This document shows positions 10,602-24,800 of a stretch of 40,846 nt of DNA, piece after piece. Numbering within the stretch: position 1 is the stretch's first letter; every line of letters starts with the position of its first letter. The DNA is from Reclinomonas americana ATCC 50394 (lineage: Eukaryota), in contig PS015028.1 in NCBI GenBank assembly GCA_048213135.1, positions 1 through 40,846 on the forward strand, given 5' to 3'. Both the position numbers and the translations under genes were made by a program. The notes beneath the pieces were generated by a model. That model searched no databases. It saw nothing but the letters and a program-made list of their open reading frames with translations, and was not told where the DNA came from.

Positions 10602-12682
10602 ATGAGCTCACCTCTCGACTACGCGCCTTTCCCACTGTACTACACACGCTGGCTTGACTATCGCACCTTGGCGTGTGGAGGTGGCGGTGGCGCAGCCAAG
10701 ACTGGCATCGAGAATGGAGTGGTGTGTGTGCATGCAAAGAGAAGAAGAGCGCGCGCGCGCGCACAATCTCATGCGTGTGTGCGTGTGCATGTGCGCAGGT
10801 GATTTACGACTTTGATCCCGTGGATCAACACCTTGCACAGCGTGCGGCACTGCGCACTGGAAACGAGTGTGTGTGGGGCGTGCATCCGGTCAGTCACACG
10901 TGTACTCTTCACACTCGCGCACACGCGCTCACTTGTCTCTCTCTCTCTTCACAGATCCGCCCACACAGTCCACACCTGCTGTGTGTGCTGCCGAAGCGCT
11001 CACAGATCATCTCCCTCAAGCTGAGGTGCGCAGGTCGTGTTGAGAGAGTGTTGCAGATGCTGTCATCTTATGCGCGCGTTTGTTGCCCAGTGAGGACGGC
11101 AGCATGCAGCTAGAGCGCGAACAGGCGTTGCCGAATGAGGTGCTTGATAAGCAGGAGCTGGATCACCAGGTGACGATCCCACTGATCTCGTCTTTGTTTG
11201 GATCTGAGCTCACCACTCCTCGTGCTCAGTCGGTGAGCACGTACTGCGCCGCACCGCGACTGCTGTGTGCGGCCAACGAGGCCGGTGATCTGATCGTGCA
11301 GCATGTGGCACGTGGTGCGCGATTGAGTGGTTGGCTGGTTGTGTTTTGTGTGCTGCCGCGTGCGTGTTAATGGCGTTGTCTCCGGGCGCAGAGTCCAGCA
11401 ATGGCGAGTGGCGAGTGCAGACGCTAGCGGAGGTGCCGCAGGCGCACAAGCCGACGGATCAGACCACGTCCATCTGGAGTGTGTCGTGCATGGAGTTGTC
11501 GTCGAGTCAAGTGCTGGTAACGCGTGTTTTTCGGCATCGTGACCCGTGTGCGCGCAAACTGGTCGAGTGAACGGTGCTATGGGGTGGGATGCGCACAGAT
11601 TGCCACGTCGGGATACGATCGCATCACCAGGGTGTGGAGCCTGAATCTGCGGCGCAAGGAGTACGAGCTCGTTCACATTTGTGCGTACGCCGCCACCACC
11701 CCGGAGTACATTACACGGGCGAATGAGTTTTGTTGCCCTCTTGTTCTTGTGCGAGAGAGTTGCCGAGTCTGACGCAACACGCAGATTCTGCACCGATGCC
11801 GAGTCCGTGTACCTGCTTGTCCTCGAGTCGCACGGCACGAAGAATTCGATATTGGTGAAGCACGACATTATGGCGGATCTCGATAACCCACAGCCAAGAG
11901 GCGAGTGAGCGAGCGAGTGTGCGTGGGTGCAAATCTGTTGCTGATATCTGTGCGTGCAGCGGCGAAACCCAAGCCGTCGGGCTTGCGCGACTCGCGTGTC
12001 AATTTGCTGCCGGCCGCCACGGCGCTGACTGTGAGGTATGTGTTCGTGTTGACTTCCCATTCTGCCCTGTACCAACAGCGCACTGACTGCCGCCGTCCAT
12101 TTGGCAGTCCGTCGGGAGAGCACTGCGCCGTCGGTTTCTCCAGCGGCAAGGTCGCCGTTATGAAGACGTCGTCGCTTCGTCGCATCACTGTGTGCCAGGC
12201 TCACCGCATGCCGGTGACACACGTCTCCATTGCTCCGCTGCCACCCACAAGAGTTGCGCGCGCGCGCGCCCGCACATCAAGGCTCTAAATTCTGCTCACC
12301 TCGCTTTTCTTAGTCGCGGAGAGCGTCCAAGAAGGCATCCAAAGCGGCCGATGAAAGCACTGACGAGGCCGAGGACAATGGTGACGACGAGGAGGGTGAT
12401 TCGGACGATGAGGGCGACAACAGCAACCCACTGCCGGATCCGGCTGTGCTTGCCGCTCGATCGCAGATCCTCGTGGCCTCCACCTCCATCGCCAGCTCAG
12501 TTAGCGTGTTTGCTGCTGGCAAACGAACAAGTGGTGCGTTTGTTCTGTGTGCGTCCTTGCTAACGCATATTTTCTGCTCACACCTGCTAACAGGGTCGTC
12601 GGGACTGACCAGTCGAATCGCATTGCTGGTGGCCATTATGCTGCTGGCCCTGTGGGCCTATATTATCATCCGGCGACCGTAA
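10602..12682 (+). CDS. PREB: SEC12/PREB, Sar1 guanine-nucleotide exchange factor (WD40 propeller plus C-terminal TM)
   Basis: N-terminal APFPLY...GGGGGAAKTGIENGV K-loop signature; WD-like blades (IATSGYDRITRVWSL; TALTVSPSGEHCAVGFSSGKVAV; AHRMPVTHVSI); C-terminal TM IALLVAIMLLALWAYIII. Confidence 0.87.
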
Positions 12683-12842
12683 TGCCGCCGCATCTACTCT
12701 CATTCCGGATGCCTCTCTTTCATTTGTTGCCCACTCATTTTGTCATTATGTACATGCCACATTTTCATTCCTCCAGTTTTTCTATTACTTTTTCTCTTTC
12801 TTTTTTCTATGATGCCGTCGTCGCCGGGGTGCGAGGATGTTA

Positions 12843-15800
12843 TTAGATTAGACCGACGACGAGGGCGATAATGTCAGCAAACACGGCGGGCACGAAGCAC
12901 GGGCCCATCATCCAGAGGATGATTAGCTTGATCGGCTCATTGATGAAAATGTCACCGGCCACACTGCCGGCCGACTGACGCAGCACTGACGCCTCGCCAA
13001 TCTTGTTCATCAACACGGCCGTCGTCACCAGTGTCATGTATGACAGGAAGATGCCGGTGGCCCAGATCAACAGGTACGAAACGTAGACCTGCAATGCCAC
13101 GAGGAAAATAAGCAACAAAACACAGTGAACAACACCTGGCCATCACCACGTACCATGGCGTACGGCAGCTGTCGGGCCTTCAGACGGCTCCACAGCGGAT
13201 CTGTTTGTCGGTCGAGGAACACAATTAGCACTCCAGAGACCACACGACCAAAGAGCAAAGGGTGGCGAAAACGCAACTGGTGACCGTCCGCTTCCTGGTC
13301 GGTTTCGGCGGCACCACCTTGACATTCTCCTCGGTTCGCGTCACCAAACTGCCGTATGTGCGCGGCGAGTCGTACAGCGCCAGATTGCGCACATCGCGGA
13401 AGTGGTTGTGGTGGCTGTAGATCTCCACGAGGTACGAGTTTGCGTTGCGTGGGCTCCGACTGCTGCCACGGGCATTGTTCCCGCGACACATACTGGATCG
13501 GCGCTGCGCAGCGGACAATCATGATGTGAGCGCGAGGAATGCACAGTGTAGCCCATCGTCTCACAACATACCGCACTGGCTGCAGAGGCGGACGAGGACG
13601 ACGAGGAGGAGGAGGAGGAGGCTGGACGGTCGGCACCGCTACCGCTCTGAGAGCTGGCGTTGCTCACCGAGATGCCGCAGGTGGACGCCTCTAGCGCGAG
13701 ACCAGCAAGCTCAATAGAGCGCACGGGCAGCGGCATACCAGGCAAGACATGGGACTCCGACTGCGACGCATGCGGAAAGTGAGCGACAATCACAAACAAC
13801 GCACAGCATGTGCCATCAAGCTGCTCACCGTGCGCTCGTCTGGATCACTGACGTGAATGGAAATGGCCGGCGGCAGACCCTCCAACATCTCCTCCAACAC
13901 ATCGTGCCACTCCTGCTCGCCAGTCCACAATCAATAGATGCGACAAGAGAAAATAGCGCCTGGCAGCACCAACACACCTCGCTGGCTTCCTGCAGTGCTC
14001 GCAAACGCGCCAACTTTCGCTCGCCCTTGTTCGAGAAGCGCAGTGCGCAAACAATCTGTGTGGAGATGGTGAGAAGCAATGACCGTGCGAGCAGCAGAAG
14101 CAAATGCTAGCACGAAACGGCTTTCTTCGGCTGCAGGGCGCGGATGGTCAGCGTGCCGGTTGGTGTGCGTGTCGTTGCCGGAATCGTGAATGGCTTGTAG
14201 TAGCCAGGCCGCAGAACAATGATGGACGGTATCTCGTCGCGCTCCAACACCGACGCCAGGCTCGGGAGACCGGAATGCTTCCCCCACAAGTCTCCAGCAT
14301 CAGCATGAACTCGCACAGCGTCCGTCTCGTCCTCGTCCGCATCATCCGCTGCCCTGTCTTGCCCATCATCGTCCGCAAACTCGTCCTCAAAGAAACGCGA
14401 GTTCCGGTCGGCGCTGAATCTGACACCCTGCGCCGGACTCGGCACCGCCAGCACATGCCCGCCATGCGATTCGTCGTCATCGACTTCGGCAACATTGACG
14501 GGGTCGGCGTTGTGCGAATGACGAACTACATGTGTGTGTCTGTGAGTTAATAAAAACGCACTCGAAACATACGGCAGGCTGTATCACACGCACCATTATT
14601 GACTGGCGGGGGCTGAACACTGGGTCCTGTGACGACAAACTGCTGAACAGCTGCCGTGCCAACGCAAGTGGAGTCCTTGCGGTTGGACGGCGCAAGAGGA
14701 GCTTCCGCGTACTGTCGTTGCGACCAAGTCACCAACTGTGTGAAAGAAATGAAAGGAGGTGAAGGCAACGTACCAGACTGCGTGCAGAGGCAACACTGGC
14801 CACCGGTCGAATGGCACTGAAGCGACGGGTCTGCAGTGACGGCAAGTTAGCAGCTTATCCAATTCTGTGTCAGCCTCGGCAAACACGCGAGTACCTCCAA
14901 GATCGACGAGATAGGCAGCGACATGTTCATCTCAGCGGCAGGGTTGGCTTTGACCACAAGCTCACTGCCGGAGTCAGCGCGAGAGCGCGGAACGCGAATC
15001 ACCGTGGATAGCAGTGAACGAGCCCCGTGGTCTCCAAAGCTGCCAGCCGAATGCGATGCCTGTGCACACACCACATGAGAGCCTGCATAGTATGTCGCAG
15101 ACACTGGATGCACACCTCTGATGCTGCACTGCCGGCGGTGAAAGAATTCGGAGCCCATGACGTGCGACGCATGGGATCGGCGCAGTCGGTTGTCAGATCG
15201 TTGTCAGAAGGTGCTGCGAGTGCGGCGACTGTTGCAGAACCACGACATGCAGATGAGTAAACTAAATCACACCTTGCGGCCAGTTTGTCGATGCACACCT
15301 TTCTCCAACTTCGAGTTATGCTGCACAGAGCGCCACTCTCGTTCAAGAATGAGGCGAGCACTGGCCGAACCGTCGACCGCAAGTGTGGGAACTTTGGCTT
15401 GATGCCAGTCGCTGTCGCCGCTGCTACTACTGCTGCTGTGGATGTTATTGTTGCTGGTGGCGCCCTTCACGGCCGCCTCGCGCAGCGCGTCGACCATCTC
15501 TGCACGCAAACGATTTTCACCGACCTCGAACCACGTGTCCTCAGTTGGCGTTCGCGCTGTGAAGCGGAATGCAAAGCTGGCCAAGAGACACACGGGCATC
15601 ATGGTAAGACCTGGCAAGAGAAATATGCAGTGAGTTGTCTGCGATGCTGGGAGTCTCTCTGGCGAGGACCTCACCGATAGACACGCCGATGATAATGTCT
15701 TGGAAGAATGTCGACAGCAACGATGAGTCCTTTTGGCCAGCCAGCACAGTGTTGAAGTACAGTGAGCAAATGGTGGCAAGCCACAGAACCTGCGTCCACA

Positions 15801-18800
15801 TATGTGCGTCATGAGCAACGGGAATGGCAGCATGAAAATGGCAAGCCAGCAGCAGCACGCAACCGTCAGCTTCTGGGTGCGACGGAAGTTGTCCAGTGGC
15901 CGCGTGGTCATGGTGGCCAGCCAGGTGTGTCCGTGCTTGAATAGACGCGTGAGCTTGGAGCCGGCCTTGAGTAGCGCATTTCGTTTGCGTTGCGCCTCAA
16001 TGATGCGTTTGACAACACCTGCAACACAACCACATGAGTCACTCGCTGAGCACATTTTGCATTCCTGCCAGCCGTACCCTTGAAACGTGCCACCACGGTA
16101 TGGTGACGACGCAGAGTGCTCTCTAGCTCCGCCTCGACATCGGTGGGTGACAGAATCTCCTTGTCGACATTCGCCAACGACGGAACTGAAAGACCGACGC
16201 ACTTGGCAGTAACCGCGCTTTTCGCTGGCGAGGAACACGACAGCTGCAGCGAAGGGTTGAGGGTCTTGTCGGCAACAGCGCAAAAACACGACACAAGCAG
16301 CGGACGCACCAAGTCGTGATCCGAATCAGCCGACACGTGACGATTGCGTCGCATGAACGGCGCCGAGTCCGACACCACTGACGACGATGCGGGGCTGTCG
16401 ATCGACGACATGCGTCGTGAGTCACTCACATCGCCAAAGACGGGCTCCGCCAAGGGGAGAGCAAAGGCTTGCAGACTCATCGGGACTCGAGGTGATTCTG
16501 CGCAAAGGAGAAACATGAGGCGCTGATTGCTTTCTTGTCGCACGACAATGAAAACACTCACCGGTCCTTCCTGGCGACAGACTGCGACCGCGAGGACGCG
16601 TCCGCACCACCAAGGCGCCCACATCAACTCCGTCGACAGCCGCCAGCACCGACGATTTGCGTTGCTCCTGAATAACGGTAGAGCCCGCTGCAAGCACCTG
16701 CGCACACTCCTGGTCAGTCTTCTCCATTTCCGTCGACAAATCCTTCTTTCTACTTCTCACAACAGCACGTACCCTGTCGGTGGCAGAGACATGCAAATCG
16801 GAGCACGAGCTGCCGCACTGCAAAGCCGTCTCCGACAGCGACACTGATCGGCGGTGACCCCGAACTCGCTCGGCAACGGTGGCAGAGGGCGGTTGCGTTG
16901 GCAACAGCGGTGACGGGACTCGCGATGAGCGTCGATCACCGACACCAAGGGCGACCACAGTCGGCACGGGCATGTCGGTGGGTGAGGCCGCATCAGAGTT
17001 GGGACTGCGAGTTTCGTCGCTCAGTGAATTCGCGTCGGCCGAGCTGTCAGTGACTGACAATCGTCCGCCAGCGCCGGGTCCGGTCGGCTGCAGTTCGCCG
17101 TCCACTCTGCAAACGGGGAGCAGAGAGAGAACAATGAATGAGTGAGCGACACTCAATTCGTGCGTGGCGACAGTTGTTGTACCGCAACTGCAATGCGTAT
17201 CCAGCAGGCAAAACCTCCGCCACATCGCGTACTCCATACTTGTGTCGCCACACCTCCTTCACCAGTTCGACAAAGCTGAACTTGCCGCAGAACGGGCTGC
17301 GTTTGTGCGTGTTGCTCTGTCGACGACCACAGTTAGCTCTCATGATCACGCTGACAGCAAGAGCAGCAGCAGCCTATACAACGAGGTATCGCGTACGCAC
17401 CCGCTCCTTGGCCAGCACCTTGAAGGCCTCGTACGTGCGCAGCACGCGATCACGGCTGCGGTCCCATCGGTAGAGAACGTACCAAGCTACTGCGTAGAAC
17501 AAATGGACAGCGCCAAGAATCCACATGGTCCACATCTTGAGAATGCCTGTGCCGGCGGGGAACTGGCTAATGTCGAGCGGGCTCGCAAATGTGAATTGAA
17601 TGTCAAAGATGTCGCTCGCGTCCACCGAGAAGTCGGTCATGTGGTTGCAGGCGCACACTACGTTGACAACTGTGCCGGCTTGTACCTGTGTGCACACCAA
17701 GAGTGAGTGTGAGAACGGAATTGCGGGTCACTTGCTCAATCACATACGTGCACGCACCTTCATGTATGACTTGCAACCGGAGGTGTCCCACTTGCCAGTC
17801 GACGTAGACCAATACACGCACAGGTCTAGCCGCTGTGGGTTGAGTAGTGCACTGCTGCTACTGCTGTTGGTGCTATTGTTGCCATGCGGCAGCACCTCAG
17901 TGAGACCGCTGGTGGCATTGAAGCCCAGCGTCATGTTGGTGGCTGCGAAGGGCAATCCCTGGGTGCACATGTCGAACAGAGGCACGAGCTGAACGTTCTC
18001 GCTGTACGTGTAGTTGCCCGGATTGCACGCCTGAATGTAGCGCAGAGTGTTGTTCTGCACACAGCAAGAGAGTAAGTAAGAAGGGAACGTACAGAGGCTA
18101 CGGGCGAGCCGTACCAACTGTGTCGCCAGTTTCGTTGAGAGCGTGTTGATGGTGCCGCCAACTTGGAAGTAGAATGGCTCAGTCCGGTTGGCGACCGCAA
18201 TCTCGCTGGAGGTGCTGTCCATGAGCTTGAATGTGTGCACCGAAGTCAACAGTTGCGCGGTCTTGTTGTTGGCCTGATTCGCCGTGCCGGTGCCGAGCGT
18301 ATCATGTGGATTGTAGCCCGAGTTGTACATGGTCGACACGTACGTGGTGTCACCAGAGGTGCCAAAGGCCGACACGTACGACCGCGGGAACACAAATGTC
18401 GACGAGGACGGCGGCAATGCAACGCGCAGCTCCGGCGCAGAGGTCGTGGACGAGGACAGTTGCGACCAGCTGCCGGCGCCACCAGTAAATGGTGAATCCA
18501 GTGCATTCAAGAGAGACGAGGGTGAGCTGTTGTCGGCCAACTGCACTCCGCTGGAGCCAGTACCGTCAGTGGAGAAGAATGCCGTCTCCATCACAAAGGT
18601 GCTGCCGGAGAAGCGAGTAGCAGCCTCGCCCGGTACCTGCCGCAGGAATACGCTTAGTGAGCTGACGCTCGCACACCCTGGAAACAGTGGAAACACGGCT
18701 GCTCACCTTCAGGGTGGCCACGCTGGTCAGCAGCTGCTGCGACAGCTTGTTCAGGCGCACAATCAAGGCGCTCGCACTGCTGTCTGACGAACTCGCGCTC

Positions 18801-21800
18801 AGCGCAGACGCAATGCGATCGACGATTGTCATCAGCTTCTGACTCGACGTGGTCTGAGTAAAGTACGACGATGCGGCCATGAGTTCGGCAATCGATGTGA
18901 GTTGTGTAGCTGCGCTCACGCGATTCGTCGCCGTCAGCGACGGCAATGTCCTACCCGACACTGTCAGCCACACGTGCAAGAGTGGTTCACCACCGCCCAC
19001 ACACTGACGCAACTCGGCAACAATCTGCACACTCGAGGCCAGTGCCCACGAAGCACGAGGCATGTCGGCGAAGCGGAAGAGTGTCGACGCTGTTCCCAGC
19101 AAACCGGCCGTGGTGACAACAGCTGCACTGACAGTCGAGCCACCGGCCATGATGCGACTCCGGCTTGCGCCCTCCTCGAGCATCGACAGCGTGAACTGTG
19201 CACGAGCAACCAGGCGCAACGCATCGGTGGAATCGAGCAGCGACAGCGCGGCGAGATCAGTGGTCTCCGTCAGGAACTGCTGCTGCAGCGATTCGTCCGT
19301 CGTGTTGGTCATTGGACCCACGTTGACAGTAGTGTTCAGTGCCGTTCTGTCATGAGGATGAGTGGGTGTCACAGCGGTAGTAATACAGTGGAGAGTGTGC
19401 AATGTCGCAATGCGCAACTTGGACGACACGCCATAGGCGTCTACGACTTCCATCTGAACGACAACCTTGTAGTTGTCGTTCGGGTCACCGGCCTCGAGTG
19501 TGGTCACCAGCGTGGAGTTGAGCTGGAGGCCTAAGAGGACGGTCGTGCCCGTGGACACGCGAGTGTAGAGGAACGCGTAGTACAGTGCCGAGTCTGTGCT
19601 GGTCGCAGTCGGAGCCGTCAGCGTGTACGTGGTCGATCGAGCAACGCCCAGCGGCGGCGACGACGTGGCCGTGCCACTGACTGTCGGCAGCGATCGCATC
19701 TGTACCGCCAGAGTTGTGTTCACTGTGCGATGCACACGCGTGTCAGCTGCACGTTGCAGAAGACCACCGCATAGTGCCACGCAACAGGTCGTCTTGCCGG
19801 CTTTGACAGCGTACGCAAAGTCATAGGTGGCACCAGCATCGAGAACACCCGCAGCAATACGCAGTGCAATCGGCTGTGAGCGCGAGTTGCGCAGCACAGT
19901 GAACTTTTCCAGTGGTACTACCGCCTTTGTGCCTTGATCTTGCCATTCACAAACGAAAGGAGCGAATTGAGAATAGTGGCAAAGGAAGGAGACACGACGA
20001 CAACTTGCAATGCTTCCGTGTGCGCAACTTGTGACCTCGAATGTAGTCGTCATGGAGGCCATGTCGTCACTGACGCCATTCGGGAACATTGCACGCACAA
20101 CAAACGGCTCCATGTAGTTGCGAAGTAGTGATGAACCGCCCACGCTCGGCTGCACCAGCCGCCCGTCAGCAACATAACAAGCGATGTGGTACGCGAGACA
20201 GCAGAGCGCACACTACTCACCACAGAGAGATACACCGAAACGGCAGCACCATAGGTAATCGACGACGTGGCAGTGGCCGTGTAGCTGCTGCGCGTCACCG
20301 TCACGGAGAACACATAGCTGTTGGACGGAGAGAGAACACAAGGGAATCTCAGCAGCAAGTTGACAGGTGACGGTGACGACCAAACTGGGACACGCAACGT
20401 TCCATTCCGCATGTTGCTGGCATCAAATGTGTTGCTCACTGGCGATCCAAACGACAGACCACATGCCTCGGGGGCACCCGAGCCCAGCGGAGAGTAGTAG
20501 GCACAATCCCACACGGTGCTGGCCGACACCGCCTGCCAGCAAATTGCAAATCAGCGAGACACGTACATCGTCCAGCACGACAAAAAGCTGCCCGCCAACG
20601 CACCGTCGCAAACACAGACGAACTGTCCATGTCGTTGACTGAGGCTGCCAGTTTCACACTGTCGCCCCACGAGTAGAAGCCACCGTCGCCGGAGAGCGTC
20701 ACTTGCAGGCCACGCGGAACTGCGATAGGCGGTGAGACTGATCATGAATGAACGCAACACAGCTTGTTGACAACAGGAAGCCGCACCATAGACTTGCATC
20801 TCCCACCCAGTGTACTGATTGCTGGCATCCGACTCGAACACCACCAACAGTTTCGAGGCTGCGTTGCACGGCCCGTTTCGCGTGAGTGGATGGACAAGAG
20901 AAGCGAGAAGAGCTGCATTCTGTCGACGCAACAGCCGACAACTTCCAAGAAGGCCCCGGCGCGGTTGCCCGAATAGGTGGCCAGCAAGTTGGCGGCCGAC
21001 TCCACACCGTCCTTGTACACTCGCAGAGTGTCCTTGTTTGCCTCGGTATCCAGTCGTGCAATGGTGTAGAAGATCGACGTGGAGGAGGGTGTGGCACTTT
21101 GCACCAGCCACCGACAAGACATGAACGGCTCGTACTTGGCCGTCGGCTTGCTGCCGTCGGTGACGGACGTCTGCGCGCCAGCAGCCACGCTCACAGTGGT
21201 CAGGTCGGCGCACAACGGACGCGGCTTCTCCGCTGCACATCAGCAAAGTCACCAAAGTGTGAGACACATAAGCGTCTCCTGTGTGCAAGTGCTGGTGTAC
21301 GCACCGACGGAAAAGTTGAATGCTGTCAGGTACTGCGACGATGTCGACCATCGTACTTGCATCACATATACGCCAGGCAGAGCAAAGTTTGTGCGGACCG
21401 ACAAGGTGAGCGATCGACTGTTGACAAAGGCGCTGGTGATGCTCATGGTGGTCACTGGCGCGGCCGAGGTGCTGTTCAACACACGGAAGGCGCTAGAGTC
21501 GGCCGATACGTCCACCAGAGCGCACCCGTAGAGACCAATGGTCGACGGTGTGGTGTCATTGAAGAGAACCAACTTGTCGGCGTAAAAGATGGTGGCTGCA
21601 TGCAGCGCACACGAAGCATGAGCGAGGGAGAACAGTCCGAAACCCCGCAACACAAGTGCACGCAACGAGATGAGACGACAGCTCGAATCGTGTTCGCATC
21701 CTGGTCCGACACATACAACATGTCGTTGCCAGGCCAAAACGCCAAGTCCACCATCGAACGGAACTGTTTGCACAAAGACAGTCAGGTGAGTGATGCCTTT

Positions 21801-24800
21801 TGTAGGAGTGGAAGGCGACTGTGAGACGACGCAACAGAGGCTGTCGAAGAGCTGCCGTCAGCGGTGCCAGGCGAACCCGAACCGAATGCCGTGGACACAG
21901 TGGCAGGACCTGTGCGAGCAAGTGCAGTGAGTACACACGCACATCGCCTCGCTCACTACTGTAGGCTTCTGCAACTCACCACCGCCGTTGGCAGCAAACA
22001 TGCGAATCACACGATTTTGCTGCACACCGAGGAGTGTGCTGTTAGCTGTTGTCGCATGTGCGAAACAACACACATACTGTTCACACACCTTGTCGGCAAA
22101 CAGAGCCAGACCACTGCCTACATTGCGACTGACAGCGGCACTCAGTTGGCCCACTTGACTGCGCGAGGCCACACCATCCAGCAAACTGCACGGCACACGA
22201 TACGGTGGGTGATGGTCGCACAAATATTGCTGTCGAATTCCCTGCTATTTTACGCACCCACTGACGCCCGAGCCGGCTGCTGTGCCCAGTGTGCTGGATG
22301 AGACGTCCAACATGCGAATGCGGTAGCTGTCTCGCTCGGTTATCATCATAGTTGTCGAGGTGACCCAGGCCAGACCCCACGGATTCGTGAGTGTTGCACT
22401 CAGAGCAGGGCCATCGAGTCTGCCTCCGACACCGGTGCCGGCCACTGTGGATACGGTGCCGCCACCCGGCGATGTGGAGGAAAACTGCAAGAGTCGCAGT
22501 CGATTGCCCTGCACAGGAGGAACGGTGGTGATGAGCAACGGAGCGAGCGCGCGCGTTGCTGAGAATCACTCGGCGCAACTGATCCATCGCAAAAGTAGAT
22601 ACTCGAGCCGGTGAGTGCACGCGTGAGGAACGCCGGCTGCACCAATCGCGCCGAAGCAAACGAGCCGTCCGCGTATGTCGACGTGCCGTTGCCGGTCAGA
22701 GTCGTCACCGCATTGCTGGTGAGGTTGAGAGCTCGAATGTAGAAATGGTCGGGCTCACTTATATACAGTGACCCTCCAGCAGCATCGACCACCAACCCGA
22801 ACGGCGACTGGAAGCGCGCAGTCGTGGCCGTTCCGTCAACATGCGCCGAAGAGCCTGCAACGCCCGCCAATGTCGACACAGTGCCACCGGAGCTCATGCG
22901 ACGAATGATCTTGTTGCCGGTGTCGGCGATGAACAGGTCACCTGTCGTGGGGTGAAGTGCGAGGCCGGCAGGACCGCTGAACTTGGCCGACGTGGCAGCG
23001 CCGTCGGCAGCACCCGGAGTATCGGCGATACCGGTCACGGTGCATGTCGTGCTCGACACTGAGGAGCGGCAAGCGAAAATTAGTTGCGCGAAAAGGGAGA
23101 TTGAGAAGAAAGAGATTTGATGGATGGAAACGCACTGACGACCAGTGTCGAGTACACCGAGGTGGGTCCACTGCCTGAGCCATCGTCCATGCACACACGG
23201 TACACCGAGTTCGAAATCGACGCTCCCGACGCGTCAACAGTGAGGATCATCTGCAGCGAACTGACAGAGGTGACCACCGCCGGAAGCGTGCCCGTCAGCG
23301 ACGTGCACGATGAGCCAATGCCGACTGTGAATGCCGTGGTGCTGGTACCCGTCAGATCCGGCAGTCCCGTGCCACTGATTACAATCACCGAGTTGGTACG
23401 CCGCTGCAGCGCACTGGGAGTGACCGTGGTGATTTGCCACAGTCGCAGGTATCCGACTTGCACCCACGACATCCAGTCGCTCTTCGCGCGGAAGCACAGG
23501 TTGTAGATGCCGCCGGAGGTACCAGTCGTGTCGACGCTCAGCACCATCTGCGAGGCACTAGTGTATGTGACACTGGTGACGTCGGGCTTTGTCGCGCCCA
23601 TCGGCACGGCTTTCAAGCTGCTGCATGGCGTCGACGAACTCGTCAACAAGAAGGCCGAATCCACAGACGACACGTCGACCAGCGAACAGCCAGTCAGCGT
23701 AATACTGCGCGTACCCGACTGACGGGCCACCGCGTGCGGAGTGACGGCAATGACCGTGCCTGTCATTCGTGGGAATGAGCATGAAGGGGAGGGAAGGCAG
23801 AGAGAAGCTAGCGCTGTGCGCAACTGCCATAGTAAACGACGTCGATGCGAGGGGTGGTGTTCTGCAACAGAGAGCAAAAAAACACAGATGGTAAGTGACA
23901 AGAGACGGGGCAAGCGGGGTGGATCATCTGCTCAGCTCAACTCCTTTGAATGGCAGTAGAATGCTGGTGCCGTCGGCTCGGATCGTCGGTGAGTGCGCTT
24001 GCTGCCGACCAGTGATGAACGTGCTGACACGACTGTCGATGGTGAGCTCGCGAACGGCGCTGTTGCCCTGGTTACCAACAAACCGAAGAGTGAACACTTC
24101 CGCTTGTACACACACATACACCAGTACGCACGCACGCACGCACCGCGTCGACAATGATCAGGCTGCCTCGCGAATCAAACACCACGCCTTCTGGGGACGA
24201 GAACTTGGGTGTTGACGCTCCAGTGGCCCACGTTGCACCATCCACATTGCCAGAGGTGTCGCTGACGCCGGCCAGAAGGTTGAGGGTGTTGCTGGTAAAG
24301 TTGAGGAAGCGGACAGTGTGTGACGAGTCAGCCATGAGCAACATGTTGCTGGTGGGCGACATGGTGATGCCGGTGGGGCCATTGATCCGTGAGGGAAGTG
24401 TGCCAGTGCTGGACATTGCTGTGCCGTCGCCAGCCACTGTCTGCATGGTGCCTGCATGGGGGGAAACAGAGAATCAACATGCGGTGCACATATGCATAAT
24501 CACTCTCTCGCACGACAGGTGACACACGGAGTACTCACCACTGGCAACATCAAGGCGGCGCACACGGTTGGTGTTGTCGCTGGCGTACAAGAGATTGCCT
24601 TGGCCCGTGAGGAACTTGGTGGTGCCGAGTTTGGCACTGCCGACAGGGAATGATCCGTCGCTCGGCATTCCATTGCCGGCGCCGACCAGCGTGGTCACCG
24701 TTCCGTCGAGGCTCACCATGCGAATGGCCCCGTTGTTGGAGTCGGCGACGTACAGCATGCTGTTGTTGGCGTTGAAGTAGAGGCTGCTGGGCCCGTTGAA

